A stretch of 64,000 nucleotides of DNA from Lama guanicoe (taxonomy: Eukaryota): assembly GCA_013239625.1 (NCBI GenBank), contig MU053754.1, positions 1,345,966-1,409,965 of the forward strand. The letters run 5' to 3'. Made by a program: the position numbers and the translations under genes. Shown here in pieces: positions 39,597 to 52,510 of the stretch. The notes beneath the pieces are model-generated. The model had not been told where the DNA came from and searched no databases. It was given only the letters and a program-made list of their open reading frames with translations. Each line of letters opens with the position of its first letter. The stretch's first letter is position 1.

Positions 39597-40160
39597 CAGT
39601 AATCTACTGATGCATGACCACAACTTCAAACGTGTGGCTTAATGCCATACTTTATTTTTTTACAGCTCCGTAGGTACACCAGGCTCCACTGGGAGGTTTG
39701 TGGGGTCCTTCATGTAGCTGTAGTCAAACTGTGGCTGGAGCTGAAGTCATGTGGAGGCTCAGGTGGGGAAGGTTTCTCCCTGTTATGACTTGTTTCTCAT
39801 CTGGAAGGGTGGAACACTAGGGGCTGGTCAGGCATTTCTCTCTCCAAGGAGCCCGTCCACAGCTTAGCTGGGGAATCCTCACAGCAGGGCAGTCTCTGGA
39901 CAGTCTTCTCATGTGACTGCTGGCTTTCCCGGAGCACTGCTGTAAGGGACCCAGGTGAAAACTGTCGGCTTCTTTGGACCCAGCATGGGAAGTCATACAG
40001 CACCACTTCCACCACATCCTACCAGACAAAAACAAGCCCGAGGACCAGCCCAAAACCCTCAAGAATCAAGGGAAAGGGACAACATCAGGAGGTGCGTATC
40101 AAGAGACATGGCTCACTGACAGGCAGGATCGTGTTTCATGTGGACCCCAGCTACTAACAA
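39597..40160 (-). mobile_element. MaLR LTR (MLT1F/G/H-like)
   Basis: gtggcttaa, ggctggagctgaagtcat, ggaagtcatacagcaccacttccaccacatccta. Confidence 0.75.
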
Positions 40161-40489
40161 TCACACTCATAACTCAGTGTGCTTCAAAAAGGCGGAATAT
40201 AAAAGAATCTGGTCAAAACACCAGATGTACACAACAAAAAGAAAGCTGAACTTGCCATCTGAATAGTATATTGTGTACAATTTGACAAAATAACATAAAC
40301 AAAACAAGGCAGGGCACTTCAAAATACTAAAAATTGTGATCCTTAGGAAATACATAGTAACATATCAAATAAGTAACTTTCATAAAATAAAACACACAGG
40401 AAAAAAAACACACTAGGAGTCAGGAATAACAATTCATCTCTCCCAGTTCATGAAAGAGCATCTATATATTTTTTAAATTTTGCTTCCTG

Positions 40490-40620
40490 TTTTATTATTT
40501 TGTTTTTCTTTTTTCTTAAACTGAAGCACAGCCAGTTACAATGTGTCATTTTCTGGTGTACAGCAAAATATCACAGACATGCATATATATGTATACACAC
40601 ACACTATATATATATTTTTG
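40490..40620 (-). mobile_element. Short antisense L1 3' end
   Basis: T-rich tail, then actgaagcacagccagttacaatgtgtcattttctggtgtacagca. Confidence 0.75.
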
Positions 40621-43030
40621 AAGGCCTCATTAATACAATTAAAGAGGTAGATCTGATTGAAAGACATCAATCAACCTTGGCAACCTAAACATGGAAAACA
40701 GTCATCTTTTCAATTGCCTGTGGGGCGTCACAAAAAATGACCACATATTATGCCATAAATAAGGCCTTACTTTATTTTAAAACATAGAAATAGTTCAGGA
40801 AACATTCTATAATGAAATTGTCAATAAAATCAGAATAAAAAATAAAAAACAAATGGGTTTAGAGATAAAAATTTTAAAACAACTTTTGACTCTTTAGTCA
40901 CAAAGGAAATTCAAAATGGAAATGAAGAATTTCTAGAAAACAACGATAATAAAAACCACTATTGTAAGATCCTACATCATGCACTTAAAGGGATGTTAGA
41001 AGAAAATGTGTAGTCTTAAATATTTACCCTTAAGAAAGATTGAAAACAAATAATTTAAACATGATGTTCAGACACTTAGAAAGAAAATAATGAAAGAAAC
41101 CAAAGGAAATCAAAAGGCATTCATAAAGAGAAAAAGTAAATTAGTTGCAAACACAAAACAATACATCTAATAAATCAATTTGAGAGCTTTTAAAATATAT
41201 ATATCATAAAAGACAAACTACTCACCTCCTTTTAAAAGGTAAATACATAAAACTAGCAAAAATAATAATGATCAGATTTAGAGGAAATGAAAAGAATCGT
41301 AACAGTATTTCTTAACTCTTCGGTAAACAAACTTTAAAACCTGGAGAAAATGAATAATTTCTAGGAAAATACAGAATGTCAGAATTGACAAGAAAAGATA
41401 GAAAAGCAGATCACTGAAGTAGAAGTAATACAGAAAACAGAGCTATTCACCAAATAATAGTAATAATAAAACATCCACAACAGGCAGAGTCTCACAGACA
41501 AATTCTGCCAAACCTTAAAGAAAACATAAATCCAAAGTTACGTGAATTGCTCTTGGGCAGAGAAGAAGGAAAACTTCAAACTTCTTCTTAGTAAGTGTAA
41601 TATAACATTTATCCCGAAATACAAGATTCTGATATTGCAATGGTAAATATTATAAATTGTTAAGTATTGTAATTATAAATATTATAAATTGTAAATAACT
41701 TACAATTGTAAACATTAATGCAAAAATTTCAATGAAGTATTAGCACCAGAATCCAACAGCAGGTTAATGAAAAAATACATGATCGAGCATATTTTCTCCC
41801 AGAAATAGAAGGATAGTTAAACATTAGGCATCCACATAGAAAAATTAAATGATCATCTCTACAGACACTGAAAAGGGCATATTCCAAAAGTCCATCATCA
41901 TTCTTGATCAAAAGAACTCAACTAGAAATAGAGGGATATCCTCTAACTTAATAAAATATAATAAAGTTTGTCTAAATATTAATGGCAATGAAAAAGAAAC
42001 ATCTGCCCCTGACACTTCTACTATATATTTTACTGGAGGTATTAACCAATTCAATTATATAAGAGAAAAACGCTAAATATAAAGTTTAAGAGCAAAGGTA
42101 ACTCATCCTTATTTGCAGGTATGACTGTACACCAGGAAAAGGTATGGAAACAAACCAACAAACTATGACAAACTAAAGAGAACTTGGTAACACAATGGAT
42201 CACAAGATTAATAGTCAAAAATCAAAAGCTTTAATCTATATTTTTAAAGAGCTTAGAAAAATATTGACTGAAATGATTATACAATAGCAGTGAAAGGTAA
42301 AACATCTAGGAACACACAGAAACATGATCACCTATTGGAAGGAAACTTTACAATTCCGTGGAGAGACATAAAAGAGGTTTGAATAGATGGAAATACACAT
42401 CGTGCTCTTGGCAAGGAAGGCTCATTATTATAAAGATGTCAGCCCACCCTATGTTGTTTACAAATTTAACATCCCAATAAAAATACCAACTTTGGTTGGG
42501 GCAGGAGGACACAGCGGTGAGAGTAATTAGACAAGATGATTCTGATGGCTTTGTGCAAAATAAACAGAACACCCAGGAAAACTTTAATCCAGAAAAACAA
42601 AGAGAGCCCAGGCCCTATCAGGTATTAAAATATATTATGTAGCCACAGACGGCTTCTGGCTTATGAAGAGACTGATTCATGACTAAACACAAAGTCCAGG
42701 CATAGACTGAATACATAAGGGGATTTAGTACATGATAAAGGTGGCATGTCAAATTAATAGAGAAAAAAGAAGTCTTTGATAAATAATGTTGAGACATGGG
42801 TTTACCATGAGATATTGGATCCATACTTCACACCACACAATAGGATGGATTCCAAATGGATCAAAAATTTAAGCCTAAAAGTATTAAACCATAAAAGTGC
42901 TAGAGGATAACACCACTAAATATCTTCATAAACTGGGAAGAGAGGAAGTCTTTTTACTTGTATACAAAATCAGTAAGACGTAAAAGAAAATAAAACATTG
43001 TTAACTTTACCTATGTAAAAGTAAAAATCC
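40620..43030 (+). mobile_element. Ancient degraded L1 ORF2 (L1M5/L1ME-like)
   Basis: Residual motifs MIISTDTEKGIF, ttatttgcaggtatgac, gaatagatggaaatacacatcgtgctcttgg, ccatacttcacaccacaca, ttccaaatggatcaaa. Confidence 0.8.
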
Positions 43031-43563
43031 TGTTTATGACACACACACCCCCGCTTTTTTCTCTGTAGTTGCTTATAAGGCTAAAATCCAAATACACGGA
43101 TTTCTGGCGAGCACGACTTTCTAACCACTCTGTGAAAGGACCAGACAATGGGGGACCTCTCAGTGCCTTTGCCCTTTCTTTTTACATGAAGTTGTTACGG
43201 CATTAGTGAGGCTATCTACTTAATAACTGCTTTTTAAGTTTCCTTTTGGAAGGGATTCATGAAATCTCCAAATTGTTTTTTCTCTATTGATTTCTGCTTC
43301 CCAGAGTTACTGTCTCCAAACAGATCTTCTGTTTCATTTCTACCTCTTCTCTCAAACCTCCAAAACTGTGAAAAGATGAGTAATATAATTTCTCTGCCTT
43401 TTGTTCTACCATTGGGACCTTTAACAGGACTATCCACTCATGAGGCAGAGAACAGCCTCTTGCATGAAGACTCATTAGTGGTTATGAAGGCACAACATTT
43501 GCCTTTTCTATTCCCTGTGTAATCCTCCCCGACTAGTCTCTATAGGCAAGTCTCTCTCTCCTA

Positions 43564-43731
43564 TTAGGCACTGGGACACCGCTTGGTCTTGTTAGGCACT
43601 GGGACACCGCTTGGTCCTGTTAGGTACATGGACACCGCTTGGTCCTGTTAGGCACCTGGACACCGCTTGGTTCTGTTAGGCACATGGACACCGCTTTGTC
43701 CTGTTAGGCACATGGACACTGCTTGGAGTCG
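43564..43731. repeat. 28-bp minisatellite, 6 contiguous copies
   Basis: Consensus ttaggcacatggacaccgcttggtcctg; units start at 43564, 43592, 43620, 43648, 43676 and 43704; no spacers. Confidence 0.95.
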
Positions 43732-45801
43732 TGGACACTGCTGGGGTTGATGCTCATCTCGTCAGTGTACAGTCACGCCTCCAGGGCCTCTCTCCTGATG
43801 CCACACTGCTTTTCCAGTCAGGAAAACTTGGCCCATACTTACACACTGAACGGAATTTAATCAGACCTCTGCATAACTAGATGCCCCATTCATACAGTTG
43901 TAACAGCCATTCCATCGGTTCTGCATTTCACGCAGTCATTGTTTTTCTAAGGATGTATCATTTGCCTAAAGCCTCTAGAATGTGAACTGAAACCCCACAA
44001 GGTGCAATTAATCAATCCTTTCCAACATGGAAGACACCATCCACCTACTTTGAGATGCAAATTACCCTGCTGACTGACACTTCAAAAGTGGATTCAGGTA
44101 AGATCCGTGCACCAAAGGCCCACTGCTGTACAGCCATTTGTAACTAATCTAGATTCCAAATAAAACTCCTTTTTCCCCAGGCTACTTTTTAAATGGTGTG
44201 AACGGCACCCACCCCCATATTAAGAACAGGTATCTATAGGACAAATAACCCTACAAGAGCTGCTTCTGTTTACTTTTGGGGGAAAGGTGGGGATCTAATC
44301 ATTTAACCATTTTTTTCGTTAATTCCTTTAACAATCTGCATTGCCTCAGAGATCCAAATTATATCTAATACAGTTCAATCAATTATGGGTTTCTTTTACT
44401 TTCTTCTGTGTAAGATTCCATCTCCTAATATTTTAGACCCTGAAAAGTATGAGCCAAATTTGTTTCAGCTTCCCATAAATTTTCTTTTAATGAGGGTGTC
44501 ATCAATACAATGGAGTATGTAAAAGTCTAAGGGGGACCTCCATTTACACTGTATCTTATCCACCTGATTTATGTGCAATTATTAAATCTTGGCTAATCCT
44601 GACCCAGGTGAGTGAAGGTATATTGCGCCCACTTGTGAAAGTGAAGGCAATGTGACTCTGAGACATCTTATCGATTAGATTGTGTTGCTGCTATGTATAC
44701 ATCAGTGAAGTTACTCATTCAGCAATGTGAGCCATGTCAGAAGTTTTCTCTTTATACTGCTTTATTTAATAACAGATAATCTATCATAAATCTCCAAGAT
44801 ACTCTGGCTTTTCCAATTGTGAATTACATGATTGGAGAGTCTTATAAATGACTTCTGTCTCTTCCAAACCTTCAACGGTTTCCAGATTTGCAAACCTCTA
44901 TTCCTAGCTCTAGCTATGAACTATGTACTAAGCATTGGATAGTTTGATAGACTGTCCCTTAGACTTATCCATGATAATAAGCATAAGGAATTTGTTTTCA
45001 CCCATTTCCAAAGGGAAAAAAACAGCCATTTGGAGCTTGTATTTAAATATAATGGGCCACAAAAACTACCAGAGCTGATAAATAAATCCAGCTAAGTAGC
45101 AGGATATAAGATTAACATATAGAAAATCTATTGCATTTCTTTACATTTATAATGAAACATCAGAAAAGGAAAGAAAAAAAAATTCTAAAATCTTATCAAA
45201 AAAATAAAATACTTAGGAATAAACCTGACCAAGGAGGTGAAATACTTACATACAGAGAACTATGAAATACTGATTAAGGAAATTAGAGATAATTTAAAGA
45301 AATAGAAAGATATGCCACGCTCTTGGATTAGAAGAATTAATATTGTCACAAATGAACATATTACCCAAAGCAATCTACAGATTTAATGTGATCCCTATCA
45401 AATTACCCAGAACATTTTTCACACAATTAGAACAAATAATCCTAAAATTTGTATGGAATCACAAAAGACCCAGAATTGCCAAAGCAATACTGAAGAAAAA
45501 AGAAGAAGCTGGAGGAATAACCCTTCCAGACTTCAGACAGTGCTACAGAGCTACAGTAATCAAAACAGCATGGTACTGGCACAAAAACAAACAGATCAAT
45601 GGAACAGAATAGACAGCCCAGAAATAAACCTACATACCTATGGTCAATTAATCTTTAACAAAGGAGGCAAGAAGAAGACACAAAAGACAGCATTTTCAAC
45701 AAGTGGTATTGGGAAAGCTGGACATCCATATGTAAATCAATGAAGTTAGAACACTCCCTCCCACCATACACAAAAATAAACTCAAAATGGCTTAAAGACT
45801 T

Positions 45802-46097
45802 TTTTTTTTGACTATGTATCTTTTTTTTATGAGCTATGGTTTTCTTTTTTTAAACATTTTTAATTGAGTTACAGTCATTTTATAATGTTCTGTCAAATTC
45901 CAGTGTAGAGCACAATTTTTCAGTTATACATGAACACACATATATTCATTGTCACATTTTTTTTTTCTGTAAGCTACCATAAGGTCTTGTATCTATTTCC
46001 CTGTGTTATATAGTATAATCTTGTTTATCTATTCTACATATGCTTGTCAGTATCTACAAATTTTGAACTCCCAGTCTATCCCTTCCCACTCCCCTCC
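45802..46097 (-). mobile_element. Young L1 3' end inserted antisense in the host L1
   Basis: Perfect TSD cttaaagactt at 45791-45801 and 46098-46108; body similar to the reverse complement of 50276-50500. Confidence 0.92.
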
Positions 46098-47102
46098 CTT
46101 AAAGACTTAAACATAAGACATGGCATTATAAACCTCCGAGAAGAGAACAAAGGCAAAACATTCTCTGATATAAACCCAAGCAATGTTCTCCTAGAGCAGT
46201 CTACCCAGGCAATAGAAATAAAAGCAAAAATATACAAATGAGACCTAATTAAACTCATATACTTTTGCACAGCAAAGGAAACCATAAATAAAATGAAAAG
46301 ACAACGTACAGAAAGAGAGAAAATATTTGCAAATGATGAGACTGAAAGACTGATGAGGGATTAATTTCCAGACTATACAAACAGCTCAAACAACTCAATA
46401 ACAAAAAAAAAACAAACAAACAACCCAATCAAAAAAATGGGCAGAAAACCTAAACATTTCTTCAATAAAGACATACAAATGGCCAATAGGCATGTGAAAA
46501 ATGCACAATATCGCTAATTATCAGAGAAATGCAAATCAAAACTACAATAAAGTATCACCTCACACTGGTCAGAATGGCCATTATTAAGTCCACAAACAAA
46601 ATGCTGGAGAGGGTGTGAAAAAAAGGGAACCCTCCTACCCTGTTGGTGGGAATGTAGTTTGGTACAGCTGTTATGAAAAACAGTATGGAGATACCTGAAA
46701 AAACTGAAAATAGACTTACCGTGTGATCCAGTAATCCCATTCCTGGGCATATATCCCAAAGAAACTCTAATTCAAAAAGATCATGCCCCCCAATGTTCAT
46801 AGCACCACTATTTACAATAGCCAAAACATGGAAACAACCTAAATGTCCATCAACAGATGACTGGATAAAGTAGTTGTGATGTATATATACAATGGAATGT
46901 TACTCAGACATAAAAAAGAATGAAATAATGCCATTTGCAGCAACAAGGATAGACCTAGAGATCATCATACTAAATGAAGTAAGCCAGAAAGAGAAAGACA
47001 AATACTATATGATATCACTTATATGTGGAATCTAAAAAACGACACAAAGGAACTTATTTACAAAACAGAGACAGACTCAAAGAAAACACAGAAAACAAAC
47101 TT

Positions 47103-47279
47103 GGGGGAGAGGGTATAGCCCTGTGGTAGAATACATGCTTAGCATGCACAAGGTCCTGGGTTCAATCCTCAGTACCTCCACTGAGGAAAGAAAAAAAAAA
47201 AGAAAAAGAAAAAAATATATATATACACCTAATTATACTTCCCCAAAATAAAGTCAACAGTGTCATATTAAAAAAAATT
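47103..47279 (+). mobile_element. tRNA-Ala-derived SINE (Vic-1 type) in the L1 3' UTR
   Basis: gggtatagccctgtggtagaatacatgcttagcatgcacaaggtcctgggttcaatcctcagtacctcca; splits L1 gaaaacaaactt|atggttaccagggg with a degenerate TSD (47091-47102 / 47280-47292). Confidence 0.9.
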
Positions 47280-47949
47280 GAAAATAAAACTTTATGGTTA
47301 CCAGGGGACAGGGGATAAGGAGAAATAAATCAGGAGTTCAGAATTTGCAGATACATACTACTGTATATAAAACAGACAAACATGGTCCTTCCGTATAGCA
47401 CAGAGAACTCTATTCAATACCTTATATTAGCCTGTAGTGAAAAAGAATATGAAAAGGAATATATATGTGTATAACTGAATCAGTATCCTGTACACCAGAA
47501 ATTAACATAACATTGTAAATCAACTATATCTCAATAAAAAAAAAGAAAAAAGACCAACTCCATAATAGAATCTTTAAAAAAATAAATATAAATAAACAAA
47601 TAAATATAATGGGTCAGAATGTTGTAAAACAGACCTATGCTGTCAGTGTCTTAACTAAGATAAAAGTTGACCTTTCCCCTGCATAACTCCAGTCTGGCAT
47701 GGTGGCCTGGCTGCATAAAGCCAGCAGGGACTGAGGTTCCTTCTGTTGTGTTTCTCTGCTGTGATGTAAAAGGTGGGTGGGAAACTGAGGCTGCAGCTTT
47801 TCCATGTCAAGATCTTGGCTTTCATGTGCAGAAACCATACATGCTCTGTCCAGCCAAGGAGTCAAGAGAAGCTGGGGATGTGGGGAGCTGCTGAGTCTTC
47901 AGAGGAGATGCAAATGCCCTTCTTGTCCCACATCATGTTAAAAACCTAA

Positions 47950-48237
47950 CCAGACTACTGATACGTGCAACAACTTGGAAGGCTCTCAAGCGAACCATCT
48001 GATTGGACTATACTGAGTCGGGGGAAGAAAGGCCAGTCTCAGAAGGTCATGTACTCTGATACCATCTATATGACATTCTAGACATGACAAAATTGCAGAG
48101 ATGGAAAATGGACTAGTGGCCGCCAGGGTTTAAGGATGGTGTGGTGTGGCTATAAAAGGACAGCATGACGGAGCCTTGTGGTGATAGAACTGTTCTGCAC
48201 CTTGATTGTGGTGGTAAAAAGAATCTACACATGTGAC

Positions 48238-48278
<41 letters not shown>

Positions 48279-48480
48279 GTGCATGAGAAACTGGAGAAAT
48301 CTGAATAAGCTCTGTGGATTGTACCAACATCAATTTCTGGCTTTGACATTGTCCTATAGTTACTGTAGAAGCTGTTACCATTGGGGAAACTAGGTGAAGC
48401 TTACATGGGACTTCCTTGTAATTTTTTTTTTTTTTGCTATTTCTTTGACTCTATAATCACTTTTAAACTAAAAAGATTTT
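47950..48480 (+). mobile_element. Old L1 (L1MC/L1MD-like) 3' end containing (CA)n at 48241-48277
   Basis: gccagtctcagaaggtcatgtactctgataccat, gtggtgatagaactgttctgcaccttgattgtggtgg, gttaccattggggaaactaggtgaag. Confidence 0.85.
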
Positions 48481-48539
48481 AAAGTCTAAGTAAACATTAG
48501 ATTAAGGCATATTCCCTCTTATGTGCCAATGCAGGAGAA

Positions 48540-48740
48540 GGATTCCTTTCTTTGAAAGCCATTATGTCCACTTCTGGTCCAGTGACCAGAGCTTAGCCAG
48601 ATGACCTTCACAAGCTGCAAGTGTGAGTGGGGAATGTAGTCCTCATTCTGGGAAGCCATCTGCCAAGTTAAAAATCAGGAGTTCTATTACTAACAAAAAA
48701 AAATATTTCTTAGTAAGCTTAGGGATAAATTAGTAATCAC
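48540..48740 (-). mobile_element. MLT1-like LTR fragment
   Basis: ccagagcttagccagatgacc...agctgcaag...gggaatgtagtcct...aaaatcaggagttctattactaa. Confidence 0.5.
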
Positions 48741-49669
48741 TACTGCATTAAGTATCTAAATGTTGCCATTTCAACTTGCCTGCAAACCCAGCTATTTGCA
48801 ATTTTTGGAAGCTACATCATCAAAATCCCTGCTATCTAACTTATCAGCCTCTTTAAGCATTTCTGAATTTCCCAGATTAGAAACATGTTGGTTTCCTCTG
48901 TGGAAATTCTGATTTCTCCAGGAGCTTATGTATGATTTGTTTTTATGGTACATATCACTCTGCTCAGGGCACCAAATATTGCAAACTGACATTTGTCAAT
49001 CTGGGCAGGCAAAAATGGTGAGGACCTGTCAGTAAATACAGGTAGGCTCTGGGGCTTTGAGGTTTACTTTTATTTCTCCTACCTCCTGGCTCATGCTTAA
49101 CGGAAGCCTCACCCTTGTGTGCCCTCTCGGAGGTAAGTTTTCCTAGCTGAGCGTGTGCACTCATGCTGAAAAGGAAGATAAAGGAATTCAGCAATTTCTC
49201 TTCCACAAAACCAAGCTTTGAGCCCCTTATCAGGTTTTCCTTTTACCCTGGGGCAACACACTACACCATTCTTAAGTGTGTTTGGGATTGGATAGTGGAG
49301 AGAGACTAAAAAGGAAAATGATATGTGAGGGGAAATATTTGTAAAAAGAAAACAGTGGTCCCCTTACAAAAGTAAGATGAGATTGTGAACCTAGAATGGT
49401 TCAAGCCAAGCGGTTAAACCCTCAGTGGTCTAGAACTCAGAGAGGTAGTTCAACGTGGAAACCTTCGTGGGACTCCTGGTGGTGTACCTACAGGTTCAGC
49501 CAGACTCAGGATTTTTGACAAAATTTGTAGTTTTGTCTATAACTTAAGACAGTTGATATTAGTAACAGTATAATGTGTACAAAGTGTTCAGTTATATAAT
49601 CTTTGTTAATAGATGTAAATAAATACATTAGTATGTAATGGTGGGCTATTCAATGTGTGTGTAATACAT

Positions 49670-49906
49670 TGTATATGCTAAAAATGTTTCCGTGGTCAAT
49701 TAAGTTTGCAACAAGTGAGCAGTCAAAATGTTCAGCAAGTGTACTGGGGATTTTAATATGCTAATATGCAATGGAAATGCTCAATGGAAAGGGAGGGGAA
49801 AAATACAGAAAGAAACATTTTCCTAAAAATACTTCACAGCAGAATTTACTTGGGCAGTTACATTTTGTTCTGTTTCTGTGAGGTAAACACACTTTGGGAA
49901 GAGCTG
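49670..49906. mobile_element. hAT-Charlie-type DNA transposon relic
   Basis: tttccgtggtcaattaagtttg, ttttaatatgctaatatgca; ends aacacactttgggaagagctg. Confidence 0.5.
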
Positions 49907-49955
49907 AGATTCTTATAACTATGAATACATCACATTATTTTTTAAATTATTAGAT

Positions 49956-50500
49956 TTACAATAGCCAAGACATGGGAACAGCCTCAATGTCCATCAACAG
50001 GTGACTGGATAAAGAAGATGTGGTATATTTATACAATGGAATTCTACTCAGCCATAAAAACCGACAACATAATGCCATTTGCAGCAACATGGATGCTCCT
50101 GGAGAATGTCATTCTAAGTGAAGTAAGCCAGAAAGAGAAAGAAAAATACCATATGAGATCGCTCATATGTGGAATCTAAAAAACAAAAATAAACAAACAA
50201 ACAAAAACAAAGCATAAATACAGGACAGAAATAGACTCACAGACAGAGAATACAGACTTGTGGTTACCAGGGGGGTGGAGGGTGGGAAGGGATAGACTGG
50301 GATTTCAAAATTGTAGAACAGATAAACAAGATTACACTGTATAGCACAGGGAAATATACACAAAATGTTATGATAACTCACAGAGAAAAAAAGGTGACAA
50401 TGAGTGTGTATATGTCCATGAATGACTGAAAAATTGTGCTGAACACTGGAATTTGACACAACATTGTAAAATGATTACAAATCAATAAAAAATGTTAAAA
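49956..50500 (+). mobile_element. Young 5'-truncated L1 3' end
   Basis: Perfect 12-bp TSD aaattattagat (49944-49955 and 50501-50512) at a canonical tttt|aa endonuclease site; ends tcaataaaaaatgttaaaa. Confidence 0.96.
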
Positions 50501-52297
50501 AAATTATTAGATAGACTCTTTAATCTTGGGGAAACTAAAATCCAAAGTATGTGAGACTCTGTTAAATGAGAAGCAATGGAAGGAAAGAATACATAAAAGC
50601 TGCACTGAAATACTGGCAAGTCTGTGGTGTCAAAGACAATGGAGAGGGTTGAGAACATTTGGCCACAGGCAGTCATTTCGAGAAATGTCTTGTGTTTTCG
50701 TCTCCCCAGCTCATCTCTGCACCAGTGTGTTCAGACATGGAGTAGGAGTGTAGATCCTGTCCTCACCGCCACACCCTCTAGGCCACCGAAACCCCAAGTC
50801 CAGCCAGCTCAGGAGTTGGGGAAGAGGTTAGAATTTTCACTTGAGTAAGAAATCCAAGTTCAAGATGGGCAGAACTAACTCTTAATTACCAAGTAAGAGT
50901 CTTCCCATAATGGAAATTGAATAAGATAACCCAAGAGATTTCAGCACTTATCGGGAAAGAGGGCTCCACAGATCCCCACAATAGCTGTTATTAGAGAAAA
51001 TAAAAGTGGTTTCATGCTTGTTTCTCAGCAAACTGAGAATCCCCAGTGCTGCCCACGCCCCTTCCTAAACCAATGCAGAGTGAGTCATAATGGCAGGAGC
51101 TCTCACTGCTCCTGCTCAGAGACAAAGCCCAGAGCAAAAGACGTGAAATCCCAAGGGTGAAAAAAATATCCCTAATGGCCAGGGCTGCCAAACAGCACTG
51201 ACCCATGAAAGACGGGAACACTGGGGCGTCGGGACACTGAGCCAAGGCTGGAGGCCAGCAGTGACCATGGAAGAGAATTCTTCCATTGGGTGGGAGACCA
51301 GGTCGAGAATCTCTGAAGTCCTTTCCAACTCAAAGTCTATGAATTCCTCATTCCTCCTCTCTAAACAAAATACTTCAAAGCGCTTTGCTTGCTCTAAGTT
51401 AAACTTGCCAACAAAAGCAAACAGTGATGTGAATGGTCCGGGAATTCTCCACGATTTGATTTCTACTGTCAAGCCATTTTCTTGCTGCGGAATCCTAGCA
51501 TTCATGTTTACTTTTCCCTTCAAGGACAGTCTCCGTTACACTGGGCCTTAGTTACTGAAGGCAGAGGAGGAGGACTCGGCTTCCCCAGGAGGGGTCGTCT
51601 GTGACTGAAACAACGTATAGTGGCAAACATCCAAACTGTAACTCCCAGGGGAAGCAGCAGAACTAGGCAACAATTGGGGCCAGTGGGAAGAAACAGTTTG
51701 CTTTCCTTCTGTTCCCTCTTAGCGTCCTTTAATGTCACATGGCTGATCCCTGAGGAGCCTCTCTCTTCCGAGACTCATCCTTTTTTAAAATCTGGCACAA
51801 GTAAGAGGGTGCTAGTTTTGCCTGTGTGCTTTGATACAGCCCATTTGGAATTGCAAGTGAGCCTGCCCCATCCTCCAGCCTGACCACCGATACAAAGTAC
51901 ACATGGGTGAGCGTTCTTCCCCAGCAATGGTGTTTCTCCATGTGCAAGGATCTCCTTCACTAGTTTTTTGGGTTTTGTTTTGTTTTGTTTTGTTTTTTTC
52001 CTTGTAGAGACTGGTTTCCTGCAGAAATGTTATATTGATAGCTTTTTTTGGTCAAAGCTCTGCAACCATCATCCTGAGGTTCCTAGACCTTACTGCTACT
52101 TATGTAACTTTTCATTGTCTATGTTCACCCTTGCCTACATTTACCCAAACTTGTTGTCAGTGCGTATGTGAAAGTACTTCTCACCCTGCCACTTTAGCTC
52201 CTAGCTTCCTGAGTGACAATTCACCTTCATCCCTCTCTGCATGTATCTCTGGTATGCCTTCATTTTTACCAGAGCCTTGTATCCCAAGTGGTTGACA

Positions 52298-52510
52298 TAG
52301 GGTCCCTCAAACCTGTCACTGTTGGCATTAGGAGCCAGGTAATTCTGTGTAGTGAGGCCTGTCCTGTGCATTCTAGGAGACTTGGCAGCATCGCTGGTCT
52401 CCACCTACTAGAGGCCAGGAGTCACCTCCCAGCTGTATCTCCTGACGCTGTCAAACTCTCCCTAGGGAGAGGGGACAAAATCACACAGAGTCCCCACTGA
52501 AAACTATTTG
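52298..52510. mobile_element. MER20 hAT-Charlie MITE
   Basis: cactgttggcatt..gagccaggtaattct, ctgtcctgtgcattctagga...gcagcatcgctggtctccacctactagaggccag. Confidence 0.85.

Larger units (their letters stand above)
45063..47601 (+). mobile_element. 5'-truncated L1 (ORF2 3' half and 3' UTR) carrying two nested insertions
   Basis: ORF2 peptides [55 protein letters not shown] aaatataatgggccacaa (45045-45062) / aaatataatgggtcagaa (47602-47619) at a ttt|aaa site. Confidence 0.95.

Noticed and set aside
43564..43731. 28-bp repeats as a CRISPR array
   Set aside because: Units are contiguous with no spacers, there are no cas genes, and the context is mammalian.
32167..47601. Active or intact L1 elements
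   Set aside because: All copies are truncated, frameshifted or interrupted; there is no full ORF1 or ORF2.
49113..49165. Minus-strand 53-nt exon-like segment (TTCCTTTTCAG|...AAGG|GTGAGG)
   Set aside because: Good splice sites, but entered in phase 1 from 57163 it gives an immediate stop (GCA TGA). It could be a pseudo-exon or poison exon, or need other exons; unsupported.
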